In this document: positions 18,801-27,688 of the stretch, piece by piece
Layout of the letters: every line of letters begins with the position of its first letter
How positions within the stretch are numbered: position 1 is the first letter of the stretch
Assembly: GCA_034717495.1 (NCBI GenBank)
Contig: JAYELL010000031.1
Span: 19,669-83,668 of the forward strand
Direction: 5' to 3'
DNA: 64,000 nucleotides
Origin: Chloroflexota bacterium
Lineage (GTDB): Bacteria > Chloroflexota > Anaerolineae > JAAEKA01
Made by a program: the position numbers and the translations under genes
Notes under the pieces: model-generated
What the model saw: only the letters and a program-made list of their open reading frames with translations
Database searches by the model: none
Told to the model about the DNA's origin: nothing

Positions 18801-19776
18801 GATGAATGGTTGCCGTGTCCGATCGAATCACCTGGTCGTCGTGATCGTCCACCAGCCGGTTGTGTTTCAGGCCCACGCCGACGCTGGCGGCGTAGTCAGT
18901 GTTGTCGCGCCGTTCCTTTCGATAGAGATACCAGGGGGCATATTGGGTCAGCAGTGGTTTTTCGTGCCAGTGTCTGCGGTATATGTCGACGATGCGGTTG
19001 AGGGTTTCCACCCACACCTCGCTGGTCAGCCCCGTGCTTTGAAGACACTGGTCCAACTCACTGTCCAGTTCGGAGGGCGCGGTCTCCCCGTAAATGCCTG
19101 TACTGACTTCGACAAAGGCTACGCGGGGATCGTCCCGATAGCGTTCAGCAGCAGCCCGTATGAAGTTCTCGAAGGCGGTCAGGTAGGCATCCTCCCAATA
19201 CATGGGAATATCTTCCTGATGGAAACCCTGCGTGTCGGTCCAGCTACAGGAAACGAAGCCATCACCATCAGGCCAGGCGCCCTGTTCCGCCTGGAACCAC
19301 CAGGGGGTCTGGTTGCCACCGCAGCAGGTACCCTCGTAGGTATTGAAGGCCAGACCAACGGTTTTCCCCAGGTCGGCCTCGACCGCGATCCATTGATCGA
19401 CAGGGTCCCACAGGTACTCGCCTTCGGCCTGATTCTCGATGTTGCGCCAGGTAAAGACAGTGTGCCCACCGCGAAGCCAGGGGTATTGGTCAGGATCCAA
19501 ATGGGGCCAATCGAAGAACCCATAGAGACCGGCATCGGGAAAGGCACGGTAGCTGCTGGCGGGTGGCGCTTCCCAGGCAGGACAGTCGTTCTCGGGCGCC
19601 TGGTCATGCGCGATGTTCATTGGACCAGTTGCGGCGTTTGGCTCCATTGGGGCATCAGGCAGGTCGGCGCGGGCATCAACCGAAGGGATCACGAGTGTTG
19701 TCAACCCGCCGGCGATCAAGAGAGCAATCCCAATCAAAATTGCAACCGGCATTAGAGTTGGTAGCCTTTGCTTCAT
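15880..19776 (-). CDS. Large secreted multidomain protein: TIM-barrel glycoside-hydrolase-like N-domain, PPC domain, 12 plant-type LRRs, DUF11 repeat, Thr/Pro tail
   Basis: N-terminal TM/signal MKQRLPTLMPVAILIGIALLIAGGL (ATG 19776; the track start 19800 is TTG). Twelve 24-aa repeats of the type LxxLxLxxNxLxGxLPxxLGxL (about 16560-17470). DUF11-like LQVRNMTGQAVQNTILTDMLP (about 16200-16500). TP-rich tail, then ...PQPLNIFLPLLLR at the end. Confidence 0.8.
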   Translation of the reverse strand: MKQRLPTLMPVAILIGIALLIAGGLTTLVIPSVDARADLPDAPMEPNAATGPMNIAHDQAPENDCPAWEAPPASSYRAFPDAGLYGFFDWPHLDPDQYPWLRGGHTVFTWRNIENQAEGEYLWDPVDQWIAVEADLGKTVGLAFNTYEGTCCGGNQTPWWFQAEQGAWPDGDGFVSCSWTDTQGFHQEDIPMYWEDAYLTAFENFIRAAAERYRDDPRVAFVEVSTGIYGETAPSELDSELDQCLQSTGLTSEVWVETLNRIVDIYRRHWHEKPLLTQYAPWYLYRKERRDNTDYAASVGVGLKHNRLVDDHDDQVIRSDTATIHPDVCRTGQYDPMLEHAGQVPMGWEAESVYHPEGSDLLWSLLNGMNKHPSYLLIGKNTLRTEDPVRQWALRLADRYAGVDVDSTPGVWVALREAAPPEPGGSSRWYPQWGNYDFWLTQEDDAPGGRTIPEWQVTDHPWGRYTRRTDLNHGNPDMFFDVDEAFFDGASSQPVSVSIIYRNAGNDSWDLQYDALDNSFKVAGVVQKTNRDDWKEASFLLPDAKFSGGLDGYDFRIRSRGDGDEWISFVEVSKVETDAGSLAKSRQVERHGLESPPVNDDFDDAIVIDAFPYESSLDISAATMAADDPDMACGEGQNELTVWYRFVAPDSGFITANTVGSDFDTVVAAWQGQRGELTARGCNDNAGWWSGTSNLNLGMTAGETYYLEVARRPGSPGTQLDLRLTYHACSYEAVDQPTIQGILDGYGLAGFDYYVDLVMLPDQTRCAVTGLSLAGRQLTQTLPPTIGYLGNLQRLDLHYNQFSALPEALGNLHNLQWLDVRTNLLQSVPHTLQYLGNLQALELAENRLTGPMPPSLIYLPYLQHLFLSRNQLMGSIPDWIGGLVNLESLWLGHNELSEQLPDSLGDLTRLRHLSIQGNQLVGPLPDSLGNLSRLEYLYLGNNQLSGPLPSTVGNLAALRGFHLDNNRLEGALPAELGQLSNLELLNLEHNQLDHALPAALGDLSGLRALALHHNELSGTIPESLGSLGKLSGLYLDHNAVGGPLPASLADLGALRRLHLSDTDLSGPLPESLTTLGLWSLNTRDSELCEPGNPDFQLWLNTVHYRESNDEACRLSLEKDLQTPVSGEAITYRLQVRNMTGQAVQNTILTDMLPLELVYQYSNPPPTNVTGNTLTWSLGTLSANENYSAAIYVDSPAGPARIVNMAEVSGEGDGSQLSDRAQLVNDMPGASGATNTPTATGTPSPTHTSTSTPGPTYTPTATATQTASPTATVTRTPTPTPVATPTPQPLNIFLPLLLR

Positions 19777-19813
19777 CGAGAGAAATCCTGGCCTTGACAA
19801 GGCAACTTTCGAT

Positions 19814-20037
19814 GCTGATCTTTTCTGATGTCTGATCAGCGTTTATCAGCGCAAATCAGCGGTCATGCTTTTTTCTTTTCACCACTGATTACGCAGACCT
19901 CCGGCGCAGATTGCCGCTGATCTTTTCTGATGTCTGATCAGCGTTTACCCTTCGGCTGCGCTCAGGACACGTCGGCGTTGATCCTTCGGCTACGCTCAGG
20001 ACAGGTCTGCGGTCATGTTTTTTTCTTTTCACCACTG
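19814..20037. repeat. Intergenic block of three duplicated short modules
   Basis: R1, 32 nt identical: GCTGATCTTTTCTGATGTCTGATCAGCGTTTA at 19814-19845 and 19916-19947. R2, 29 nt with 1 mismatch: GCGGTCATG[C/T]TTTTTTCTTTTCACCACTG at 19859-19887 and 20009-20037. R3: CCTTCGGCT[G/A]CGCTCAGGACA at 19949-19969 and 19983-20003. R1 contains the inverted repeat GCTGATC/GATCAGC. Confidence 0.85.
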
Positions 20038-20157
20038 CCTGGGATTTTACCGGATTCAGGCCAAAACTACCAAACGGGGTCGGTGGACAATCGGTGTTTT
20101 GCCGGTTTCATAAGTAAACCATGTGCAACGGTGATTATGAACGCCATTCAAAAACCC

Positions 20158-20186
20158 TTGACATCTGATATACCGTGTGATAGAAT
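20158..20186 (+). promoter_or_regulatory. Sigma70-type promoter upstream of the nuo operon
   Basis: TTGACA (20158-20163), a 17-nt spacer, then TAGAAT (20181-20186), about 130 nt upstream of nuoA. Confidence 0.5.
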
Positions 20187-20314
20187 TCGCAATTGTTGTC
20201 GACCACAGGTGTTCGGTACAGGCCCACCGTTGATCCCAGCGCCTGTGCGCAGGGAAAAAACGGGGTTGACAACGTTATCCGTTCCACACCCATCCCTCGA
20301 AACCGGAGACAGCA

Positions 20315-20668
20315 GTGCCAGTTGATTATCTGCCAATTTTCATTCTGATTGTCCTCGCGGCCATATTTGCTGTGATTGCTCTGGTCATGCCTGCTGTTCT
20401 GGGCCCACGGCGACCGAACAAGGCCAAAATGGAGGCCTACGAGTCCGGTGTGTTGCCCTACAGCGATGCCCGGCGGCGTTTTCCGGTTCAGTATTACGTA
20501 GTTGCCGTGCTTTTCATTCTCTTCGACATCGAGGTGATCTTTCTCTATCCCTGGGCCGTCGTCCTGCGCCAACTTAAGCTCTTTGGATTGATCGAGATGG
20601 CAGTCTTCCTGGCGATACTGATCATCGGATTCGTCTATGTATGGCGCAAGGGAGCGTTGGAGTGGTAA
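20315..20668 (+). CDS. nuoA: NADH-quinone oxidoreductase subunit A
   Basis: 117 aa, three-TM NuoA pattern (EAYESGV...FDIEVIFLYPWA). GTG start with SD GGAGA. Confidence 0.9.
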   Translation: MPVDYLPIFILIVLAAIFAVIALVMPAVLGPRRPNKAKMEAYESGVLPYSDARRRFPVQYYVVAVLFILFDIEVIFLYPWAVVLRQLKLFGLIEMAVFLAILIIGFVYVWRKGALEW

Positions 20669-20722
20669 GGGGATCTGATTGAATGTGGACTTGCATGATA
20701 GTTAAACCGGACAGAGGGTTTC

Positions 20723-21247
20723 ATGGGACTTGAGACAAAACTTGGCAGCGATGATGGCATTGTCGTAACATCGCTGGAGAGCATGGTCAACTGGAGCCGG
20801 TCCAACTCGGTCTGGCCTCTATTGTTCGGTCTGGCTTGCTGTGCCATCGAGATGATCGCCAGCGGTACTTCCCGCTACGACATCTCCCGCTTTGGCTCCG
20901 AGCTCTTCAGGGCGTCACCCAGGCAGGCTGACTTGATGATCGTATCGGGCCGGGTCAGCAACAAGATGGCGCCCGTTATCAAGAGGCTGCACGATCAGAT
21001 GCTCGAACCCAAATGGGTGATCGCGATGGGAATCTGTGCCAGCGCGGGCGGTCCCTTTAACAACTACGCGATCGTGCAGGGCGTAGACAAGATCATCCCG
21101 GTGGATGTCTACGTGCCCGGTTGCCCTCCTCGCCCGGAAGCACTCTTCGAGGGATTGATGCTGCTGCAGAGAAAAATCAAGGGTGAGAAGTTCAGCGATT
21201 ACGAGATACAATACATGGAAGCGGCCAGGGGCCGCCAGATGGGTTAG
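20723..21247 (+). CDS. nuoB: NADH-quinone oxidoreductase subunit B
   Basis: [18 protein letters not shown] and GCPPRPEAL, the N2 cluster cysteine motifs. Confidence 0.95.
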   Translation: MGLETKLGSDDGIVVTSLESMVNWSRSNSVWPLLFGLACCAIEMIASGTSRYDISRFGSELFRASPRQADLMIVSGRVSNKMAPVIKRLHDQMLEPKWVIAMGICASAGGPFNNYAIVQGVDKIIPVDVYVPGCPPRPEALFEGLMLLQRKIKGEKFSDYEIQYMEAARGRQMG

Positions 21248-21275
21248 TACACGCTTGTTTTGATGGACTGGATGA

Positions 21276-23099
21276 ATGACCGATCCCACACCCGCCACGG
21301 TTCAGGATAAAACAGACGACTGGCAGGACAATTTAGCTGACAGGTTGCAGGCTTCTTTCCCGGATGCCCTCCTTGACGTGGAGCGTTTTCGCGGCGAGGT
21401 TGATTTCACCCTCAGGGCCGCCGGTTTTCTGGATGTGGCTCGATTTCTCCGCGATGATCCCGATTGGCAATTTGTACACCTGGCAGACCTGACTGCCCTG
21501 GACCGTAGCGAGTTGCCAGAAGGACAGCGGCGATCTGAAACTGCCGGGTCCGGGCGTTTTGCCGGCATCTATCACCTTTTTTCCATTTCGAATCAGCAGC
21601 GAATCCGCCTCACCGTTCCAGCCGAAGGGCCCGATGACCGGCCAACCGTTCCGAGCCTTTATCCGCTATGGAAAGCCGCCTTGCCGATGGAGCGGGAAGC
21701 CTTCGATCTGATGGGTGTTCACTACGAGGGGCATCCCGATTTGCGGCGTATCATGATGCCGTGGGATTGGCAGGGGCATCCACTTCGCAAGGATTATCCC
21801 CTTGGGGGTGAAGAAGTACCCTTCAGTATGACCTGGAACGACCCGGAATTTGCCTCCTTCGGCAAGCAGATTCGGGATGACTCTCCGGTCCAGGTCCCGT
21901 TGCCCAAGGGGGTTGACTTAAAAGAACACATGGTGCTTAACCTGGGTCCCCACCATCCGGCGACCCATGGTGTGTTGCGGCTGGCGGTTGAGCTCGATGG
22001 CGAGACTCTGGTAAGCGTTTACCCTGACACCGGTTATCTGCACAGTGGCTTTGAAAAGCAGGGCGAGAATGTCCGTTACAAGGACTTTGTTCCTTATACC
22101 GATCGGATGGATTACACCTCCGCAATGAATAACAACCTGGGCTATGCGCTGGCAGTGGAGAAACTGCTGGATGTCGAGATTCCCCCGCGCGCCCAGGCGA
22201 TTCGGGTGGTTGTCGGGGAACTGCAGCGCATTGCCGCTCATCTGGTGTGGCTGGCGACATCTATCCTGGATACCAGCGGGACGGGGATGAGCATTCTCTT
22301 CTACGCGCTCAGAGAACGTGAGATCATTCTGGATATCTTTGAAATGATCTGCGGCGCCCGCATGACCACCTCCTACGTGCGGCCGGGCGGGTTGTGGAAG
22401 GATGTGCCTCCGGCCTTTTACACCAAGGTTGATGAGTTCTGTGAGCTTTTCCCCCACCGGCTGGACGAATACGAGCGTATGCTGACCAACAGCATCATCC
22501 TGCGCAAGCGGCTGGAGGGTGTCGGAAGGCTAAGCCCCGAGGATGCGCTCAGCCTGGGTTTGACCGGCCCCTTGCTGCGGGGAAGTGGCGTCAAGTACGA
22601 TCTGCGCAAGCTGGCTCCCTATAGCGGATATGAGCGCTACGATTTTGAAGTGCCGACCGCCACCGAAGGGGACAGTTACGCCCGCTATCGGGTTCGTATG
22701 CAGGAGATGCGCCAGAGCCTTCGTATAGTCGAACAAGCCATGGAAGATGTCAGGGCCACGGTGGGTGAAGCCTGGATGACAGGCGACAGGAAGGTTGCAT
22801 TACCTGTCCGGTCTGAGCTTGAACATAGCATGGAGGCCCTGATTCACCACTTCAAACTGGTGACCGAAGGTATCAAACCACCACCCGGCGAGGTTTATGT
22901 CGGCCATGAGAATCCCAAGGGAGAACTTGGCTATTACCTGGTTTCCGATGGCAGCGCCCACCCGTATCGCCTGAGGGTTCGGGGTCCAAGCTTCGTCAAT
23001 ATCTTTGCGGCAGACACGCTGGCTCGCGGGCACTTTCTTTCGGACCTGATCACTATCATCGGCTCCATCGATATCGTGCTCGGTGAAGTTGACCGCTAG
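21276..23099 (+). CDS. nuoCD: NADH-quinone oxidoreductase fused subunits C and D
   Basis: 607 aa. The NuoC-like N-half (ERE(A)FDLMGVHYEGHPDLRRI) runs straight into NuoD (NLGPHHPATHGVLRL...SIDIVLGEVDR) in one frame. Confidence 0.9.
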   Translation: MTDPTPATVQDKTDDWQDNLADRLQASFPDALLDVERFRGEVDFTLRAAGFLDVARFLRDDPDWQFVHLADLTALDRSELPEGQRRSETAGSGRFAGIYHLFSISNQQRIRLTVPAEGPDDRPTVPSLYPLWKAALPMEREAFDLMGVHYEGHPDLRRIMMPWDWQGHPLRKDYPLGGEEVPFSMTWNDPEFASFGKQIRDDSPVQVPLPKGVDLKEHMVLNLGPHHPATHGVLRLAVELDGETLVSVYPDTGYLHSGFEKQGENVRYKDFVPYTDRMDYTSAMNNNLGYALAVEKLLDVEIPPRAQAIRVVVGELQRIAAHLVWLATSILDTSGTGMSILFYALREREIILDIFEMICGARMTTSYVRPGGLWKDVPPAFYTKVDEFCELFPHRLDEYERMLTNSIILRKRLEGVGRLSPEDALSLGLTGPLLRGSGVKYDLRKLAPYSGYERYDFEVPTATEGDSYARYRVRMQEMRQSLRIVEQAMEDVRATVGEAWMTGDRKVALPVRSELEHSMEALIHHFKLVTEGIKPPPGEVYVGHENPKGELGYYLVSDGSAHPYRLRVRGPSFVNIFAADTLARGHFLSDLITIIGSIDIVLGEVDR

Positions 23100-23115
23100 A
23101 TCGAACTGGCAAGAC

Positions 23116-25059
23116 ATGCTTCTTTCTGATAAGACACGCGATAAGATAAGAGAATTGATGGCCCGTTATCCTGAGGGACAGCAGCGCTCCGCACTGGGTC
23201 CCGCTCTGGAGGCCGTTCAACAGCAGATTGGTTTTCTTCCCGACGAAGCCATGGAAGAGGTTGCCGCGTTGTTCGATATCGAGCCGGCTGAGGTGCAGGC
23301 CTTTGTCGGCTTCTACCATATGCTCAGGCAGAACAGAGTTGGGACTTACCATGTCGAGGTTTGTACCAACGTGCCCTGTTTGCTGCGGGGTGCCGGTTTG
23401 TGTGCGGACCGGCTCAAGGAAAAATTGGGTGTGGACTGGGGTGGGACCACCGATGATGGCATGTTCACTCTGGATCACATGGAATGCCTTGGGTCCTGCG
23501 CCACGGCGCCCGTGGTCAGTGTCACCAAGCGGCAATCCAACTGGTCTCGCTACTACGAGAATCTCAGTACCGACGAGCGAATCGACGCTGTCCTGAGAGA
23601 ACTTCGCCAATTGGCGGAGGTGCCGGATAACAAGTTGCCGGTACCGGAAAGAAGCGTTCCCCGCACCACATCCAGCCCGTTGCCTGGCCGCGACATTGGC
23701 CCATTTCACCACGATCACCATCCAGAGACAAACTTCATCCTGGCGAGGATCGACCAGGCAGATAGCCACGAACTTGCCGGATACGAAAGGGATGGTGGCT
23801 ATCAGACGGCCAAAGAGGTCGTGGGCATGGGCACGATGAGCGGCGAAGAGGTTAAAACGACAGTACGTGATGCCGGTCTTCGCGGTCGCGGTGGTGCAGG
23901 CTTTCCCGCTGGCGTCAAGTGGGGGTTTCTGCCCGAGGGAGTCTTCCCTCGCTACCTGGTCGTCAATGCGGATGAGAGCGAACCCGGCACCTTCAAGGAC
24001 CGGTTGATCATCGAGTATGACCCCCACCAGTTGATCGAAGGGATCATCCTGTCGGCCTATGCCTGTCAGGCCAACCGCGCCTTCATCTACATTCGGGGTG
24101 AGTACTTCTTTGGCGCCCGGCGACTCGAAAAAGCTATCGCGGAAGCCCGGGATGCTGGCTACATCGGCAAGGGCATCTTCGGCAGCGATTTCGATCTGGA
24201 GATCACGGTGCATCGAGGGGCTGGCGCCTATATCTGTGGCGAAGAGACGGCCTTGCTCTCTTCACTGGAGGGATTTCGCGGCCATCCCAGGCTCAAGCCT
24301 CCTTTTCCTGCAATTGAGGGGCTTTACGCCAAGCCCACCATTGTCAACAACATTGAAACCATTTCCCAGGTCGTGCACATCGTCAAAAACGGATCTGCCT
24401 GGTACCGACAGTGGGGAACCGAAAAGTCACCCGGCTTTGCCTTGTACTGCCTGAGTGGATCGGTCAAAAAGCCCGGCGTCTACGAACTGCCGTATGGGAC
24501 GACGGTGAGGTCGCTGATCTACGACTTTGCCGGTGGCACGATTGACGACCGCCCGATTAAATGCATCATTCCCGGCGGGCTTTCCGCGCCAAGCATGCCG
24601 GTAGACCTGATCGATGAACCCATGGATTTCGAGACGATTGCCTCGTTGGGATCGATGCTTGGCTCCGGCGGTATCATCGTCATTTGCGAAGGGGAAAACA
24701 TCGTCGAGGTGACCCGCCGTATGGTCGGTTTCTACCGCGAGGAGAGCTGCGGGAAATGTTCGCCCTGTCGCGAGGGTGTGGCATGGCTGGAAAAAATCCT
24801 GTTGCGCATTGAACACGGCAGGGGTATCAAGGAAGACCTCGATACTCTGGAACGCCTGACCTATCCCATCGAGCACCAGAGCTTCTGCCCCTTTGGACCG
24901 GCAGCGGTTTGGGGGCTACGCAGCATGCTGAAACTGTTCCGGGATGACTTTGAGCGTTACATCGAAATGAGCAATCCGGAAGGCAAGGCCCCACAATTGC
25001 CAGTGCGGGCGATCTACAGGCCTGATGTTGGCACAGTAGCACCAGATGTGCGAACCTGA
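23116..25059 (+). CDS. nuoEF: NADH-quinone oxidoreductase fused subunits E and F
   Basis: NuoE 2Fe-2S motifs (VCTNVPC, ECLGSCATAP), an ~80-aa linker, then NuoF (GRGGAGFP FMN/NADH site, ESCGKCSPCREG 4Fe-4S site) in one ORF. ATG 23116 is preferred over GTG 23083. Confidence 0.9.
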   Translation: MLLSDKTRDKIRELMARYPEGQQRSALGPALEAVQQQIGFLPDEAMEEVAALFDIEPAEVQAFVGFYHMLRQNRVGTYHVEVCTNVPCLLRGAGLCADRLKEKLGVDWGGTTDDGMFTLDHMECLGSCATAPVVSVTKRQSNWSRYYENLSTDERIDAVLRELRQLAEVPDNKLPVPERSVPRTTSSPLPGRDIGPFHHDHHPETNFILARIDQADSHELAGYERDGGYQTAKEVVGMGTMSGEEVKTTVRDAGLRGRGGAGFPAGVKWGFLPEGVFPRYLVVNADESEPGTFKDRLIIEYDPHQLIEGIILSAYACQANRAFIYIRGEYFFGARRLEKAIAEARDAGYIGKGIFGSDFDLEITVHRGAGAYICGEETALLSSLEGFRGHPRLKPPFPAIEGLYAKPTIVNNIETISQVVHIVKNGSAWYRQWGTEKSPGFALYCLSGSVKKPGVYELPYGTTVRSLIYDFAGGTIDDRPIKCIIPGGLSAPSMPVDLIDEPMDFETIASLGSMLGSGGIIVICEGENIVEVTRRMVGFYREESCGKCSPCREGVAWLEKILLRIEHGRGIKEDLDTLERLTYPIEHQSFCPFGPAAVWGLRSMLKLFRDDFERYIEMSNPEGKAPQLPVRAIYRPDVGTVAPDVRT

Positions 25060-25067
25060 TTCGTGAT

Positions 25068-27686
25068 ATGTCCGAACTTGTTGCCATAACCATTGACGAT
25101 ATCGAGTACCAGGTACCTGCGGGAGTCCCGCTGTCGGAGGCGGCCCGCAAGTATCTCGGCATAGAGATTCCTGTTTTCTGTGCCCATCCCAAGCTGGATC
25201 CCCTGGGCGCCTGCCGCATGTGCCTGGTGGAGATGGAGGGCAGGGGGGGGCGGTGGAGTATCGTGACGGCCTGCACCACCATGGTGGCGGACGGCATGAA
25301 GTTTCGCTACACCAGTGAATCGGCTACCCAGGCCCGAGAGGATACTCTGGAATTCCTCCTCGTCAACCATCCACTGGATTGTCCCATCTGCGACAAAGGG
25401 GGCGAATGTCCTTTACAGGACCAGGTCATGGCTCACGGCTCTGGTGAGTCGCGGTTTTCAGAAGACAAGGTACACAAGCAGAAGCGTTACCCGATCAGTG
25501 ACCTGATTCTGCTCGACCAGGAGCGCTGCATCCTTTGCTGGCGTTGCATCCGTTATCTCGATGAATGGGAAGACAAGCCGCAGCTTGGCCTCTATCACCG
25601 GGGCAGCGAAACGGTCATCGAAAAGTTCTCCAACGAGCCGGTTGACGCCAAAACCAGTGGCAATATCATCGACCTCTGTCCCGTTGGCGCCCTTACCAAT
25701 CGCGTCAGCCGCTTTGGATATCGACCCTGGGAGTTGACAAGCACCGACAGCATTTGCGTGCACTGTTCCCAGGGCTGCAATGTGCGACTGGATACCCGCC
25801 TGCACGAGTTGCGCCGAATCGTCGCTCGCGAGAACATGGCTGTCAACGACGAGTGGATCTGCGACAAGGGACGCTTTGTGCACGGCTTTGTGGATCATCC
25901 CGATCGTTTGAAACAGCCTCTCGTGCGGGACGTCGAGGGCAGGCTTCAGGAGACAACCTGGCAGGATGCGCTGGAGGTAGTGGCCGATCAACTGACTGCC
26001 ATTGTCGAACGCCAGGGCGGCGATGCCGTGGGTGCCATCGGTTCGGCGAAACTCAGCAACGAAGCCGCCTACCTCTTTCAGAAATTTATGCGCAGCCTTG
26101 TGGGCACCAACAACGTGGATCACAAAGGCGGCAGTGCGGTGCTCGCCGATCCTCGAGGGCTTTCCAACCTGCGCGACGTCGAAGACTCGGACGTCATTGT
26201 GCTCGTGGGATTCGATCCTGCCGAAGAGCTGCCGGTGATGGACCTGTTTATTCGCCGAACGGTGGTTCGAAAGGGCGCAAAGCTGGTCGTTTTGCATCCC
26301 CGCAAAATCGAGGACACCCGGTATCCGGCTGCCTATTTGCCCTACATGCCTGGGGCCGAGGTCGAATTGCTGGCCGAGATGAGCCGGGCCTTGCTCCAGG
26401 TCAGCACCATCCGGGAGCGTGTCGCCAAGGCCCATGGATTTGACGACCTGGTTGCCTGGCTGGGGAACGAGCCGGCTGGCCAGGAGGTGTCGGCGGTAGC
26501 CCAGTTGATTGCCGGTGCGGAACGGGCCATCATTTTGTATGGACCGGCACTGGTTAGCGGGCCTGGTGGAGAGAATAACCGGTGGGCTCTGGACAATTTC
26601 GCCCGACTTGCCGGTTGTGCGGACAGGACCTATTATATCGCGCCGGAGGCAAACAGCGTCGGCGTTCGCGACATGGGCTTGCTGCCGCATCAGCACTCTG
26701 GGCACACAGCGGTCACCGACGAAGCAACGCGCGATCGTTTGCGGCGATTGTGGGGCGGTTCCCTGCCGCCCAACGAAGGCCTGTCCTATAGCGGCATGCT
26801 CAACGCCGCCGGCAGTGGTCATCTTGCGGCGCTGTATCTGGTTGGCAGCGACCCGGTCTCAGAAGGTCCTGCCGGACGTTCTGCGATAGAACGCGCTGAA
26901 TTCGTGGTTGTTCAGGATATGTTCCTGACGGAAACCGCCGCCCTGGCTGATGTTGTGCTGCCGGCAGTCAGCTGGGCCGAGAGCGATGGGACCTACACCA
27001 ACCTGGAGCGACGGGTGCAAAGGGCGCCCAGGGCACTGCAGAAGCCTCAGAGCAGGGCCTTGCCCGATTGGCGCATCTTGACCCAGCTTGCCCAGAGCTG
27101 GCCGGGGATGGTCGGCGACATCGCTGACTCCGGAAACCGCAAGGGCAAAAAACGACGTAAAGAGGGCCTGCCGCCCAAACGGTGGACCTATGCCAGCGCC
27201 CAGGCCGTACTGGATGAGATTTCCAAAGCAGTGTCCGGCTACGGTGACATCAGTTGGAGTGAGTTGGGCGACCTGGGCAAACAGTGCAACGGCGGGCAAA
27301 GCGGCGGGCGATCGCAGCGTTTCGTGGTTCCTGGTACCCTGGGCTTCAGGGATGCCGGAAGCGCCGCCACCTACCGGCTGGCCAGCGGAAACGTTCTATT
27401 TGACAGTGGCACATTGGTGCAGGCGACTGAAGCCACTTACGGCATTGCCGCGCCGCTGGTTGTTGGCATCAATCCGGTGGATTCGGCCAGGGAAATGCTG
27501 GCTGGCGGTGAACAGGTGGTCGTTTCGTCCATCAACGGCTCCTTGACTCTCGCCGTTGATCTGGATGAGCGGGTGCGGCCCGGCACCTTGTGGATTTCCT
27601 ATTCGTTGCTGGGAGCCCCCGTGGAGGCGCTTTTGGGCACCGACGACAGTATTGGAATTCCAGTTCAGTTGAGCAAGGCTGAGTGA
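25068..27686 (+). CDS. nuoG: NADH-quinone oxidoreductase subunit G
   Basis: N-terminal 2Fe-2S/4Fe-4S cysteine clusters (CAHPKLDPLGACRMC, HPLDCPICDKGGECPLQ) plus a molybdopterin-oxidoreductase-like body. 872 aa. Confidence 0.95.
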   Translation: MSELVAITIDDIEYQVPAGVPLSEAARKYLGIEIPVFCAHPKLDPLGACRMCLVEMEGRGGRWSIVTACTTMVADGMKFRYTSESATQAREDTLEFLLVNHPLDCPICDKGGECPLQDQVMAHGSGESRFSEDKVHKQKRYPISDLILLDQERCILCWRCIRYLDEWEDKPQLGLYHRGSETVIEKFSNEPVDAKTSGNIIDLCPVGALTNRVSRFGYRPWELTSTDSICVHCSQGCNVRLDTRLHELRRIVARENMAVNDEWICDKGRFVHGFVDHPDRLKQPLVRDVEGRLQETTWQDALEVVADQLTAIVERQGGDAVGAIGSAKLSNEAAYLFQKFMRSLVGTNNVDHKGGSAVLADPRGLSNLRDVEDSDVIVLVGFDPAEELPVMDLFIRRTVVRKGAKLVVLHPRKIEDTRYPAAYLPYMPGAEVELLAEMSRALLQVSTIRERVAKAHGFDDLVAWLGNEPAGQEVSAVAQLIAGAERAIILYGPALVSGPGGENNRWALDNFARLAGCADRTYYIAPEANSVGVRDMGLLPHQHSGHTAVTDEATRDRLRRLWGGSLPPNEGLSYSGMLNAAGSGHLAALYLVGSDPVSEGPAGRSAIERAEFVVVQDMFLTETAALADVVLPAVSWAESDGTYTNLERRVQRAPRALQKPQSRALPDWRILTQLAQSWPGMVGDIADSGNRKGKKRRKEGLPPKRWTYASAQAVLDEISKAVSGYGDISWSELGDLGKQCNGGQSGGRSQRFVVPGTLGFRDAGSAATYRLASGNVLFDSGTLVQATEATYGIAAPLVVGINPVDSAREMLAGGEQVVVSSINGSLTLAVDLDERVRPGTLWISYSLLGAPVEALLGTDDSIGIPVQLSKAE

Positions 27687-27688
27687 CA

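Noticed and set aside
18604-19755. 383-aa plus-strand ORF antisense to the LRR/GH-like gene.
   Set aside because: Shadow ORF of a high-GC gene with no recognisable domain. The opposite frame is clearly coding.
19930-20325. 131-aa plus-strand ORF spanning the intergenic repeats and overlapping the nuoA start.
   Set aside because: It is composed of repeat-derived peptides (FGCAQDTS, LRLRSGQV), has no SD, and runs through the predicted nuo promoter.
23056-26822. Minus-strand ORFs 23056-24213 (385 aa) and 25458-26822 (454 aa) inside the nuo operon.
   Set aside because: They are antisense to nuoEF and nuoG, which carry unambiguous cofactor motifs. The compositions are typical of GC-rich antisense frames.
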